DNA from: Spizellomyces punctatus DAOM BR117
Taxonomy: Eukaryota
Assembly (NCBI GenBank): GCA_000182565.2
Contig: KQ257450.1
DNA: 64,000 nucleotides
Strand: one strand, 5' to 3'
In this document: piece by piece, positions 25,562 through 39,493 of the stretch
Numbering within the stretch: the first letter of the stretch is position 1
Layout: every line of letters starts with the position of its first letter
Notes under the pieces: model-generated
Databases searched by the model: none
What the model was told of the DNA's origin: nothing
Seen by the model: the letters and a program-made list of their open reading frames with translations, nothing else
Translations under genes and position numbers: made by a program

Positions 25562-27031
25562 ATGCATCCCGTCGCAACTCTCGCACTCTGCACCGCCCTT
25601 GCAGTACATGGCATCCGCAAAAAGTCGCTTAGTTATAGTGGTGCTATTGCTGCCTTTGTGGTTGGCTGCATAACATTTTCGTGTTCGGGATCGCAGGATG
25701 GCCTGCTCTTTGGCGGCGTTTTATTAGGTTTTTATCTTGGAGGTTCGAGAGCTACCAAGGTGAGATGACTCTATACTTTGTCTCGATACGTGATGCCGAG
25801 ACAAATTGGAGCCGCAGTTCCTTTGCCGCGGCCGTTGAGCTCTGAAGCTGTACGTCGCCATATATATATTTTCAATTTTCCAGTTCAAGCAAAACATTAA
25901 GAAGCAACTGGAAGAAGATTTTCAAGAAGGTGGGATATCGATTTTGTAGTATTGGAAAAGCATACAAGTTTATCGCGATCGTCTCCAACCCGACCGACCA
26001 GAACTCTAATTGTCTTGTTCAAAAAAGGTGGTCGGCGAACGGCGATCCAAGTCCTTTCCAACGGACTCACTGGCACCGTTGCATGCGCATTGCATTACTA
26101 TCTTGTTCGTCGGGCCACGCAAGAGCGAGTCTGTTTTGGTGTGATTGACACGAGAGTCGGGCTGCTGCATACAGTTCTAGTATTGGTATATATTGGGTGA
26201 GGACGCTGTGGGTGGGTATCTCGGCGCTGGAGACATCATTTATCATGATCCTTGTTTGATTGCATGCTGTAGTCACTATGCATGTTGCTGCGGTGACACA
26301 TGGGCGAGCGAACTGGGGATCTTGAGCAAAGGTCAACCGCTGCTCATCACAACGCTTAAAAAGGTATTTCGCTGGAGGTCGGCGATGTTAATAATTAGCT
26401 CAACGTCTTTTCTAGGTACCAAAGGGTACGAATGGAGGTTAGACAGGTTCATCTTTATTTATAAGTCCACTGGATAAGGCTTACATCATCCTTATGTCTA
26501 GGGATCTCATTACTTGGCTTGACAGCATCGATTGCTGGGGGTTTGTTGGTCGGAATGATCGCTGCGATTGGCTTACCCTGGAATCCCGAGTGTTCACAGT
26601 CGAAGCCATATCTCTTCATTCTTGTGATGGGTGCTTTGGGGGGATTGGTCGGTTCATTGGTAAGCTTACCTCAATTTTAAGTCGTGCCCACGTTAATGGA
26701 TAATTAACTTATCTATCACATGTGGCAGATTGATTCATTGCTTGGGGCTACTCTTCAAAAGAGCGTGTACAATGCAGCTTCCAAAAAAATAGCGGGTGAT
26801 CACCGTCGCCTTCGTGAGGGAGAAACCACGTCGGATTTAAAACATATTTCTGGGATCGAGTTACTAGATAATCATCAGGTGCAGTATTTTTGCATTTTGA
26901 ATGAGGTTCCGGATGCGAGAATAACTCGATGCTGCTCTTCTCTTTTGGCTCAACAGGTCAATTTTATTTCTTCTTTAATTACTGGCGTAATTATCGCATA
27001 TATCGGCGTTTGGTGTTCACAAGTAGCGTGA
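25562..27031 (+). CDS. TMEM19: TMEM19 / DUF92 membrane protein
   Basis: [81 protein letters not shown]. Confidence 0.92.
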
Positions 27032-27364
27032 GTATAGGAATTCGTTAGGAGAAAGTAGTACATTATACATGTAGCAAAGTAGTCGGATGTAGTTGCTGGT
27101 CACGTATATGGATGAATATTACCACCTGTTACTATACCGGCTAAATATTACTTCGCTCCACCGTAAAATCAAAGTCGTGATGCAGGCTAACCTTGACTGC
27201 CACGTATTTTCCGCATGTGCATGATCAAAGGTGGGGGACGCTTGAGGATCAGGCCGCTTCAAAAATATCCGAGACGCATCAGGTTCAAATATCCTACAAG
27301 GAAATTCCTTTACTGGGTCATTGAATAAGAATTCAATAGGTTATGTTCAAAATGAGGGTTCTCT

Positions 27365-28981
27365 ATGAGGATCGTTTCGCAATATCCCAGACCAGAAAGT
27401 GCGGCTGTGAGCACCAAAACGATTCTCTCAAATACACTTGTTTATGCTGGATTATATGCGATTTTCTTGTACAGCGTTTATCCAGTTGCCAGGTTTTACT
27501 CATCACGGTGCATTTTTCTTGCTGGCATTAATTTTTGCAAAGCTGTAAGCTGGTGTTTATAATGTGTGCGGCGATGGTAAGCTTGAGGCGGATGTTGATG
27601 GTGGGGTACGTGCTCGCCGGTAGGTCAATCTCTCTATCCGTTCGATGCACCGGGATCTTCTTGATAATCTCCCGTAAAGGTGTATTGCATGGGAAGTTTG
27701 TCCAATCTGCGGCAGCTCCTACCGTTTGCGACCTAGGTACGATTATCTGGTATAAGGTTTTCTCCAAAGTTCAATTTCACCCATATCGTATCATGTATCA
27801 GATCTCGGGTGTGGTGCTGGATGCCCTTACGCTTGTCCTTTCGGATTTCCATGTGATACACCCAAAGACTGTCTTTCGGGTTCCTGTACAGGAGGATATT
27901 GTGATACGGGCAAATCGACAACGTCAAAACCATCCACAACTGGCGAACAATCCTGGGAACTCACCGATTTGACGACGGGAACCGATGCATTCAATGTGGT
28001 CAAGAGCTCTTATGGGGAAACCAATCGTAAAATCGTTAAAGACCCGGCAGGGTCAGGCAAGCCAGTGCTGAGTGTCTTGTAAGCGGGTTTTTGATGTGCA
28101 GGGGAAACCATGCTCATTCCACTCACTAATGTTTATTTGCCTCAATAGCTACCCTGCAGGCAGCTACAACCCTTCCGGCAAACCACGAGGTGGAACTGGG
28201 GTATGCTCATACTTTGTTGTCTTCTCTTGTGATTACCATGATGTTTAGCATCTTGATCCATATTACAGTTCTATGCTCAGCCTATCAATTTAAGCAATGC
28301 AAAAGTCGTATCGTTCGAGTATCAGATATACTTTCCAAGCGGATTTGCTTTTAATAAGGGCGGGAAGCTACCTGGACTCTACGGTTGGTAATAAAAATGG
28401 CAATAATATTCGTCAACGCTCTAAACCAGCGACGATTTTAGGTGGTCGTGAGAGCTGCTCCGGAGGAGATCCCGCCCTCGACTGTTTCTCCACTCGTTAT
28501 ATGGTATGCTGTTTTTTCTTTTTTGTATGGCCTTACCTACGACAATGCCCTTTGACTAACAGATCCAATTGCGGTTTTATTCTTTTATTAGTTCCGTAAA
28601 CAGGGAGCGGGTGAGACCTATCTTTACGTAGACGCCTCAAAGCAAGTTGAGACGTTTTGCAAGGTTCCCCCTCTGAGCGTCTGTAACGGTGACTACGGAA
28701 ACTCCATCGGCCGTGGCTCATTCAAATTCAAGACTGGTAAATGGCAGTCCCTCCTGCAACGCATCACGCTAAACACACCAGGCCACGCAGATGGACGTGT
28801 CCAAGTTTTTAGCGATGGAGTTGAGGTGATTGACTTTGGGCAAGTTAGCTACAGGAACACTGCAAATGTAGGATTCGTCGGGATTGAGTTTGAGACTTTC
28901 TTTGGCGGGTCGGACTCTAGTTGGGCTACACCGAAAGATCAGTATGTCTATTTTAGGGGATTCAGTTTGCATTGGGAGTGA
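27365..28981 (+). CDS. Polysaccharide lyase family 14 (alginate/glucuronan lyase-like) with N-terminal hydrophobic segment
   Basis: YPAGSYNP...GGTGFYAQP...FNKGGKLPGLYGG...CSGG...CFSTRYMFR..GAGETYLY...YGNSIGRGSFKF..GKW...ITLNTPG..DG...FETFFGGSDSSWATP. Start tentative. Confidence 0.88.
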
Positions 28982-29123
28982 AGAGCGGAGGAAGGCAGCC
29001 GTGACAGTTTGTAGTAGTGTGGTAGCGATATGTACCATGTGAGAAACATATTTTTAAGCAGGGTCCCAGTATTTGCTTTCTATTTATGTACAAACGTATG
29101 TCATCGTCTAACAGTCATTCCAT

Positions 29124-31974
29124 TCAGCGGAATCCTGAAGATGTCGCTTCTAAGAACCCCTTTTCAATTAGAGCTATCATGTCGGCTTGAAGTGGTAGAA
29201 GCTACATATTGTCCGGGAAGTGATCAGCAACGAGAATAGTTTCACCGGAAGTCAATCACTGGCCTTACCTTGAAGATCGGACGCCTCGGAGGACCGGGTT
29301 CGCCCTTCCCAGACTGAAAAGCGAACAATTCAGCCTGGCTGGTTTTTTGGACATGAACGTCCAAACCTCAGTCAACATACCTTGTGGCTTGCATTAAATG
29401 CACCGAGATCTTGTACGTATTGCGCAAGTTGCTTGCGGTGCTGATATCGCCGTTTGATCAGATCTTCAAGAATAACCGCCCTCTTTGTGTTGCTGAATGG
29501 AATATATCAGAATTGTCAACACAATGTGGTACCAAAACTATTTTCGGTCTCTCACTCTGCAATTCTCAAAGGCACTTTATCAGTATTGTCGTCCTTTCTT
29601 GCTTTTGTTCGTCCTCTGTTTGACAAATTGAATTCGATCATCAGAGCCTTTCCATGCATACTAGGACCTCACAATTCTTACTTTTTTCCTTTAACCTTCT
29701 TGTCATCGAGTTCCGTTGACGATCCAAGTTTTCGTGCCCCTGCAAGCGGTGTTCCCCCTCCTCCATGCACCTTTCTTAAACTCCACCAAAGCGGCTCCAG
29801 CTTCTCCCAGTATTTGCAAATGACATCCACTTGCGCGTTGCGAATTGCATGCCAGCCAATGACATAGTGTTGCGCTTTGACGACTGAGAACGCAGGCGTG
29901 TGTTAGCTGGGCCTTGAGTACCTTTGCAGATTTGTTCCTGTACCTGAAAACCGATACTTCTTGACGACTTTCATGAGCCTCGAAACATCGTACACATCCC
30001 GGAAGAATTGACGAATGGTGTTCGAAGCTCGGTGCTTTTGTACTTCACGACGACGGCGGATAAATTTATGAAAGACCCTAATTTCAAGGGAGATGGAAGT
30101 CTGTTGGCAAGGTGTCAGATGCGAACACTGGATTTGAGCCCACGTACACAGCTATCTTTGCAAGCGCCAAGCGTTTGTTCCGTTCATATTGCGCTTGTTT
30201 ATACTTTCTATATGCCTTTTGAATGACTCTTGCAGCATGAACTTTAACCAACAACTCTGCACGCCGCTTTCGTTCCGTCTACAGAACAGCTTGGGACTGA
30301 GTTGTTTTCCTCAGAAATGAAAATGCCTGGAATGGTCGTACCTCGAGCACTATTCTCATTATTGTCATTCGACTAGCAACTGCGGTGAGGATAAACCACT
30401 TTTTCTGGAGGGCTTGGGCTCTCCCCATCTGATCTTTCTCCTTCTTCTTAGTATGCTCCTGCCAAAGGGGAATGATGAACTCAATGACGCAAGCGTCTAA
30501 ACCTCATCCAAAATCTTACCACTGCATCTTGCTTCTTTCGCAGCGCAAGTACATGCTCTTTCCACAGATCCATATCTTGCTGCATTTTTCGATTGCGAAC
30601 GTCAGCACGATGCCGGTCATGCAGCTCTTTCTGGTCAATGAGCGACGTTAGCAAAATCTAAAACGACAGCAGCACTTCGACATTAAAATATACCCCTTCT
30701 TGTATCATAAGTCGTCGCTGACTTGGATGCATCTGAGCGACTGCAAGCTTGTTTTGGCGGATCAGATCAGCTGGTATCGTCCGCGCACGGTCATTGTCGG
30801 CAGCGCGGTATTCTGCTAAAGAACCAACGAATGCAGATCCGTCAGATAACTTTCCCGTACTTGCAACTGACACAGAGATACCAGCATTGAAGGAAGTATT
30901 AAGAGCAGAAAGCTCGATACCTACAAATCTTGGTTTGAAATGCTTCCCATTCCGCCTGATTTGTTTTCAAGGTTTCAATGCGCTTTTCCAATTCTGCAGC
31001 GATAACGCGAATAGGCTTTCGTCCGGCCAATGTTTTATTCTCCGTCAATAGATCAAATAATTGCGGTTGGTGATGTTGTTGTGCAGTTGGTTTATCCACT
31101 TTGCGTCGCTTTCCTGCTTTGTCCCCTTCGCTAGTCACCAAGGAAGCACCGTTATAAGCTTTTTCGTCAATGTTCTTGGCACGTTCTTGTCAGATGCACT
31201 GGTCTTTAGTTTTAAAGCTGTATTGTGGGGATGCCATCCAAAATTCTTACCCAGTAGCTTTTGAATGTCCACCAAATTCTTCTCAAATCCAACATATGAA
31301 TCCTCCACCGCAAAGCTGTACTCATTCTCCCGCCTCCGAACACCGCCAGCATAATCTCTACCTTCTGCGCCATTTGCACGGTTGAGCAAAGCTAGAAGCT
31401 TGACTAGTCGGGCATTTTGCTGTTTCGTAGGATATGAGATGGTCGGAGTACGAAATGGTCCATTTGTGAGCGGGGCAGGGGGATACGGATATATGTACTG
31501 ATCATCATCCTCCGTGTCGTTGAGACTCCATTGATGACATCCTGATGCTGCTGGCGCCGTGTGAGAAGCCAATGTGCCCCCTGAGAGCATGATCGTCAAA
31601 TCACTTTCATTAATGCTAGAGCCCAAGTATGCGGTGCCTGGTGCCAGTAAGTCCTGCTTCACGTCTGTTCCTTCTGAAAGTTGAAACCGGACGTCCAATC
31701 GGTTGGTTATCAATGGTACGTCGGCTTTGCTCTTGGGCCGAAGAGGAATGGGGCCGATGATACCGAATTTGTTGTTTTCCACTGGTGGTAGGGATGCATC
31801 TGCCATAGGGTTAGGGGTGCCATTGATTATTCTACCAGTTACAGAAGTCGTTGGTCCGTGTTTTGATAATCGCGGGCTTCCCGCTCGACCGTCTGTTCGC
31901 TGGCGACTGGCTGACCCTAACCGTTTACCGTGACTGCCACCGATGTTGGGAAGATTCGAAGCAAGGGTAGCCAT
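29124..31974 (-). CDS. Hypothetical multi-exon protein
   Basis: 279-codon first exon, then further exons with canonical splice sites ending ...SDLQ|ALIEKGFLEATSSGFR*. No family recognised. Confidence 0.7.
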
Positions 31975-32449
31975 AAAGTGACAATGATGCGATATTTTCG
32001 AGTTCGGAGTGATCAGCGTTTATTTTAGGAACAGATTTTGGAAGACTTTTTGGCCCAGCAACAAATGCCATCTTTAGGCAATTATCGGACTTTATTGGCG
32101 AATTCTTTGCTGGATACTGAAGCTAAAGTTATTATTGAATCAAAAAATGAAATTATGATTCAGGGCTGACTTTCACTTTGATCATATTGGCTGTGCAGCA
32201 CACATATATTACCAGTACAGCGGTCTGCATATCATCGGTAATATGGCAGTTGTTACATGGCTGTTGAACGTTATCTATGTATCCAATGACTGGTCACTAT
32301 GCCCGACTTACAGGGACTTGCCAAAGTGTGACTTGGTAATGACGAGTCTGCAAGATTAATGTGCGTTTTCTTCTCTTTGGTTTATAATGCATTCAAAAAA
32401 AAGTATTCACATACGTGCGTGAGAGATCAACAATATACAAGATTCTACA

Positions 32450-34436
32450 CTACTTGTTCTGCCGTGGTCTTTTGTTTGCATCTATTAACTCAATACCTGC
32501 CATCAGCCCGTCCGCTTCATCCAATTTCCGTTTCTCCCCTCTTGCACCGAGTTCCTCCTCTACTTTTCCGCTAGCATCTTTTGGATTATCTTCCTCATCG
32601 CTATCTGCAAATCTTAGATGTGTAGTGGGCGTGTGTGTGGCAGTACTTGTCTCCAAATTGCGCTCCTCAGACTCGTCCTCGTCATCGCTCCTCGCGAACT
32701 TGACATGCCGCCGCGCAACTGCTGGTGCGTGGGTCTTTGCTATCCCGTCCGATGTTGAGTGTGGGGTAGTATCTCCAGTCTTTTCATGTCTTTGGTGCCA
32801 TTCCTTTTGTTGCTGCCGTTGTGATATCAGATTCCAATAGGCGACTTCGGCTTGACCTGCGGAGCATAGAAATGAGGAGACGGAACCACCAGACAAGCAT
32901 CATTATGTATGGTCCTCGCTCACCTGTCAGTATCTCAAGCTGAATATTTGGCCACTTGGGTGGTTTCTCTTCATCTTCTTTTTCACGGGCTTCATCTGCA
33001 TTCTCCGAAACCATTTCCTCCATCGCCTCGTCATCCCATTCACCCCATTCGCTGGCTTCCGTTGCAGCCTGCTGTCTCTTCTCCTGGTTATTTTTCTTTG
33101 TCTGGCGCGGCAGTAAGGTTCCAAGGTCGTCCTTATGTGTCTGGGCAATATATTCTCTTGAGAAAAACACGAAAGCAAGTCGTGCACCATGCGATGTTTT
33201 GAAACGAACATGGCCCTTGATGTTTGTTATTGGTTAGAAATCCCCGCCGGTGGAAGAAGGCTCAGTACACTTACGGAACCCTGATTTCGATTCAAATCTA
33301 TGAAGGATACGGGAGCAATCATTTCAAACAAGCGCTACATTTACAAGTTAGCATGATACTTTGCACGACGACAAAAACTGCAACCTCTAGAATCAACTGA
33401 AGCCCTACCTTCAGCACTTTCGGTGTTGTGCTCTTGTGTGCTCCCGAGAACTTGGCCACTATCCTACTTTGATATTCAGCCTTTTCGTGTGTACCCATTT
33501 GGCCCTGGATGACGTTAAATAGTTCCTCTTTTCTTCTCTTCAGAAGTGCCGCATACTCATTCGTAAGGGCTCTCCATTGAGTCCTGAGATTGACATTTCA
33601 GTGACAACCTCAGATGAGATACTTCCGTAGTCACCAACCGACCCACACATACTTGGACATAACTCTCACCTCCCCTAAACCCCCCAGGTTGACTTCTTCT
33701 TCAGTAAACGACTTGAGATCCACGTCAGGAAGCATTTTCCGGAATCTTCCTCCTATAGCGTCCACCGCCCGAGCCGCGTCCGACGCTTTCTCAAAGATCG
33801 CAAAGGCGAAACCTGCATGCTTTGACTCATCTCCGTACATTTTTGAAAAAATAACCCTTTGGACGCGACCAAAGGGGTAAAAAAGATCCGTAATGTGTCG
33901 CTCTGTTGCTCGAGGTGGTAAACGCTCCTGAAGGCATGATGAGTTAGTTACGCACACGCTAAGCTGCTAGTAAATCTGCAAGGATACTCACAATGTAGAC
34001 GGTTCTTGTGTCGATCTCTGCATAGTCGGGTAGAGGAATTCGTCGTCGAACCATTTTTCCATCTTCACTAACCTAGTTTCTAACGATGAGCGGTTATCGC
34101 GAATGTTTTCAAGTCTCCTACAGCTATGTTATACCTCCAGTTCTTTGGCGAATGTTCGGACAGCGTTGGCGACCACAGCGTCGTCTTTTGTTATTCTTAG
34201 ACGAGATTGAGTGAAGATTTCCAAGGGAATCCCTACACCCAAAGCGTTCAACGTTAGACAAGCGAAAAGCTGGAACATTGCCCCAGGTCTATATACTGAC
34301 AATTCCCCTCATTGCTGGTAATCGCCTCGACGATCTGTATGTCGTACGATAGTACCTCGTCCGAGAGGTAGTAAAGCATCTTATCTGCCACCTGCTTTTC
34401 GACAGACTGAAATGCCGGTATTATAGGAGCAGCCAT
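32450..34436 (-). CDS. LARP7: La-related protein 7 (La motif + RRM1 + C-terminal xRRM)
   Basis: ADKMLYYLSDE (La motif), LEVSEDGKMVRRR.P, RTVYIERLP...GFAFAIFE (RRM1), then ...VSFIDL....GHVRF...LEILTG..EVAYW (xRRM signature). Confidence 0.8.
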
Positions 34437-34632
34437 ATTGGAATAAAGCCAGATTCAAAAGTTTCTGAGAACAAGATGATGATCTTTGTAGATCTCCCCG
34501 TCCACGATGACTGCGTCCTTGTGAGTGGCACAGCAATTCATCAAAATAAACAAACTATGAATATAAACAAAACACTTCTTTAACCCAGGTTCCCCTGCAA
34601 ATCTATTGCACATTACTTAGAGATTGCCAGTC

Positions 34633-37600
34633 ATGGCGACAAGAGCGAATGACCTCGCCATATACCCCAATAGTGAAGGCTGGAAATCCAGCAGCTCCGG
34701 AGTCTCGAGAATCTTGGAGGTTGGCCAAGATTTTTGTGCGGCTACTCTACCGGGTATCGTCTGTCGCGGAAGAAGAGCTGCAGACAAATACCGCTAAGAG
34801 TGTTACATGATGAAACTGAATCATCTGAACAATGGAGTTGATGGCAAGATAAGCGAGACGCGTACACTCTGCAGGTTGGGCGGACCAGCATGGAAGATCG
34901 CAGGCGGCCAAGCTACAAGGAATTTTTGCAGCGATTTCGCCACGATCCACCAGAGGCACCCAACAGAAGGAGACAACTCGTTCCACGGTCAAGGAACGAC
35001 CATAGACACGAGGCATATTCCGGAGGCGATGCAGCCACGAAGAAAGCTCACTCCCGCCCAGTCATCACCAAGTCTCGTATCCCGACTGCAGCATTCCGTC
35101 AGCAGGACACCAAGAATAAAAGGAACCCTAGCGTGACGACCACAAATCGGCCAAAGCCTCCCGCAAAAGTAGCACATCATGCGTCGCAGACAGTCGCCAA
35201 ACCAGTGAATGCGGTCCATGATGGGTTGGCCAAACCCGTTCGTCCAGACGAGGAAGGCTCTTTGCGTCCTTTAAGCATGGAATGGTCTAGCCATACATCC
35301 TCTCCTTGGTCGTCATCGCTAAATTCTACCACGTCCAGTGATATTGCTGAAGACGATCACATCGGACAGCGTCGATGGGAATGGAGCTCAGAAAGTGCCC
35401 AGGGTGATACTGTCCATAGTGATTGGGATACGACCAGCGACATCACTGCATTACGATCTAAATACTTTTGGGAAACAATGAGCGAAAAGAATGTAGAGAT
35501 GTTGGGAAGAAGGTATCATCAATGGATACTATCACATGCGCCCAATGACTTCTCTGACTAATGTCATTATCCATTGTCGTACCTGACAGACTGGAAATGG
35601 AGGAAAAAGAGAATATGGAGGATCTCCTCAACACAGGAACGAAAAAGCCACTTTCCATACCGCTGAATTGTTCAGCGACCTTGAATCCCGAAGAGATACT
35701 GAACTCACTACGTCAAAGGTGCGCTGAATTGACATAGGTTAAAAACTGGATATCAACTAAATTTACTGTGACTTTAGATATCGGATTGATAATTCTCACA
35801 GCGGATGTGGAGCAGATAGGGAACGGACGAACAAAACCGCGGATAAGGACCGTGTGACCGGTAAACACCCGTGCAATGTTTCCGGTGAGAGGTATGGAAA
35901 GTGCGTTCGCGGTCACCTTCCACTTTAGCTGATGAATGACAACCCTCACAGTGTTGGACGTGAGCGTCAAAGCGAACTTCGGCCAAAGAGCATCCCTCTC
36001 GACCTTGACGAATCCTGCAAGCGTGAACAGCTACAGTTGGGAGAACCAGACGAAATTTTGAATTCAATAAGACGAAGGTAAGTTTAGTCGCGAGTAGTAG
36101 ACGTTATGGCGCAGTACGGCAAAAACTTACCTCTTATCAGATACGGGCTAGATCCGCCGCCTCTTCCCACTACTGGGAACGAACGTGAAGGCGCTCCTAT
36201 GAGAATTGGACACAGTTCGATTTCCTCCCATCATGAACAGTACGCGGTTAATACATGTCCTTCTGGATGAATAGTATGTCTTTTAACTATCTGGATATGT
36301 TGTAGAGTAATATCAAGAGGGGCCGCAGAAATTGGGCCCAATTTGCTCCGTGATGAGACCGTCGAACGTGTGTCCATTCTAACTCCAATTCAATCCGACG
36401 ATGTACGGTGCCTCAAAGGTAAGCTTGCGTCGTAAGCGTGCTGCCGCGCAATCCGCATGGCATCTGACAGCCCAATGGCTTCGATAATGTTTACAGAACA
36501 GGAGCTATCATCGCACCATAACGGTTATGCACATGGCCTTCCGGAAACGATAGATGGATACGGATTACCAATGGCTAATACGCCGGACACCACTCCGGAA
36601 TCGCTTTCTCATCTACGCTTATCGGCGCCGTCACATTGCAATCAGGTGCTGTCACCGTCCACCCTGATCCAACCCCCAGTGCACTTGCAGAAACCTACTT
36701 TCTGCGCACGTACTCAGCTGGGCGAGGTCGATTCTAATAGAGAGTTTAGAGGCAGCACTGGAACAGTTGCTGATGTGTCGACATTGGTAAGTTGAGAAGA
36801 AACCATGCCCTTTTGTCTGCACGCTTATCGTACTCATAAGCTTAGGTGATGGACACTGATCTGGTAGACCCATCTGGCTCATCGGATCCTCCATTGCAGC
36901 CGCTTGAGCTTATGCCCACCAACCAGAGTCTGCCGCACGTTGCATCGCAGGGGAGAAAACCAAGGGATGAACGGAACCCACGAATGGAACGAATGGAACG
37001 CATTTTTTCTGTGACACAAGTGATGATGGCCAGTCAAGAAGAAGCCAACATCGGACTACCCGATATGCAGGTTCAACCAGCAGCGGTGGCCGCCTTTCAA
37101 ACGACTTTGGCCATTTTAACTCTTCCGTTGTCAATTCCATGCCGTATCGATGGTTTGTGTCAGAACGTCCAAAGTACAAAGCATTCAGCGCAAGTTAATA
37201 TTGATGATGTTGCGGGAACGGGAACGATACATATCATGGAAGAAAACGATGGGCTCTTGGATGGCTCTGATCAAAATAGAGATGCCACTCCAGACGGAAA
37301 AGAAGCTCACCGACTACAAGAATCCGAACTAGCTTCCGAGCAGTGTACTACCTTTGAAGAGAAACAAGTACCTTCCTCGTCACTTTCTGATCAGGAAACA
37401 GAATCTGGACAGTTCTCTCGGGCACAGGCTGTTGACGACGATGAACGTGCGAAGAATCTTGATTCTCGAGATAGCCACATGCAACCCGAACGGTCACCTG
37501 CGTTTATCCGAGGGATTGATCCTGGATGGACACCTCAAGCGGGACTGGAATCCTGTTGCAATCCTGATTTTCCAGCTGCTGTCTTGAATGATGTGGAACG

Positions 37601-38519
37601 TTCTGAGCCATCTATTGAAACAGGGGATGGGAAAGGCTTTACCGGGTGTGGTGCCAGTAGTTCTGAAGGATCAATATTTAAGCAGGTGACAGACACATTG
37701 ATGTCACAAGGTCATGGGTCAGACTTAAACGAAAGACCTACGCAGATGGAGGGAGCAGCTCTTGTGCAACAATCTGTGGAGAGGCCGATTCCCGCGCCAG
37801 GTCTGAACCACCATGCCTTCGTGCTCTCTGAACGTGACAATGTCCCTGCGAATGATGCATCCACGGTCCGCGTTGTACTGGAAGATCAAGATATCGATGG
37901 GGCGATTGTCGGAAACGCAACTGACGAGGAGAGTCATCATGGCCCAAAGCCGTTGATCACTCCAGTGTGTGTTGATACGCAAGATGCTACGGAGCCACTG
38001 CTGTTGGGGTTACAGAAAGAGGATGAGGATGCGGTCAATGCCGCGATTTTATCTGCGGATTTAGTAACGCCCGCTGGAATAGTAACGTCTCTGGATGCGC
38101 CCCAAGAATCCAGTGATGGGCCGAACAAGGATACCTCAGTAGTAAGCCCGACACAGTCACCTCCAATTACAAGATCATCTGTGACGACGCAAACAATAAA
38201 CAGCGCGAGCGCAAGTGCTTCTACGCAGACCTCCCCTATTGTATCAGCTAGAAGTAGCAGAGCAGCCCAAACCAATTCCTCCGAGACAGTTCAAATGGGT
38301 GATGCTGCAACGCAAACTGAACTTGAGTTGCTAAATGCATCAAATGCGGATGCTACGATCAGCGTCATCGAAGGACCACCGATAGACGTTATGGATTTTA
38401 GCGATGAGTCGGATGAGATACTCGCGATATTGACAAGAAGATTGCACTCTTTGAACCAGGAATTGGTTCGTGTTGATGCAGAGATTTCTGAATTGGAAGT
38501 TGAAGGAGCAGTTGGATAG
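34633..38519 (+). CDS. Large, mostly disordered hypothetical protein with TQT motifs and C-terminal coiled coil
   Basis: Long ORFs 34890-35561 and 36846-38519 joined by splice-compatible exons. Exon map approximate; could be two genes. Confidence 0.65.
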
Positions 38520-39493
38520 TGTATATAAATACAGCTCTCACGAGGCGACCCTATATGGGGGGAGTGGGCAGCCTTTTTGTAAATACTTTGATTTTTCGGC
38601 TACTTGAAGATGGCCGGAAGCAAACTTTCGGTCTTGAAAATAAAATTTATGCCAGTTACTGTCAAAGCGTAGGTGTCGGGACTCTGACACGATTCGAACT
38701 CTAGGATTGAGATGACAGATGCATGTACTAAGGACCAAAATCATGAGAGACTGTGTCCAAAGTACTAACTAACACATCACACGGTTTATTCCAGGCTAGC
38801 ACCAGATTATTGCGAATCGTTTGAAACGATATCCGAGTAGCCTTCTAATTTATTTCGAATGGTTCAATGCATCAATGGTTCAATGCATCGGTAATACTTC
38901 CTATACTGTTGCCCTGCCTTTGCGATGAACCTCTCCACACAGTGTTCCTTGAACATCGGCATTGCTTTGGGACGTATTAGTAGAGCCTGAAGGTCCAGAG
39001 ATCAAAAAGCGAAAGAAAAAAGCGTAACAGTGGACCAACTGATCCTATTAAGACGTGCAACATTGTCTGGATGCATCTATCTCGCGACCGGCACGTCATG
39101 GAAGGAGCAGATGGTATTGTGCACCTCATGCTCAAGGGATTTATCAAATGGGTGAGGAACACTGAAGTTGAGATTGCTCATCAAACTCTCTCACAGGCTT
39201 AGATGGTAGCTCCCGACATTGATTCATCTCGGACGACCAGCGATCTCTTTCTTGATGCTGAAAGAGCCGAAATGGGGTTGACAAGATAGATGGAAGTGCT
39301 GGCGGTCATCCATCCCATCGTTGGTCTACCCAAAAGTACACACGAACGGCACCGTCAGCCCAGTCCAGCCGGCCCCAGCGTAACGTCGGACCCTCTACAC
39401 TCAGCTTTTCGTTTATCCTTTCTGTATTGGTGTAATATGGTACCAAAAATACATTGGCTGTTTACAGTGCAAACAACTGACATCATAGTCCGC

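Noticed and set aside
39050-39300. Exon-intron-like fragment on the plus strand
   Set aside because: Splicing gives early stops in the frames tested; cannot support a gene.
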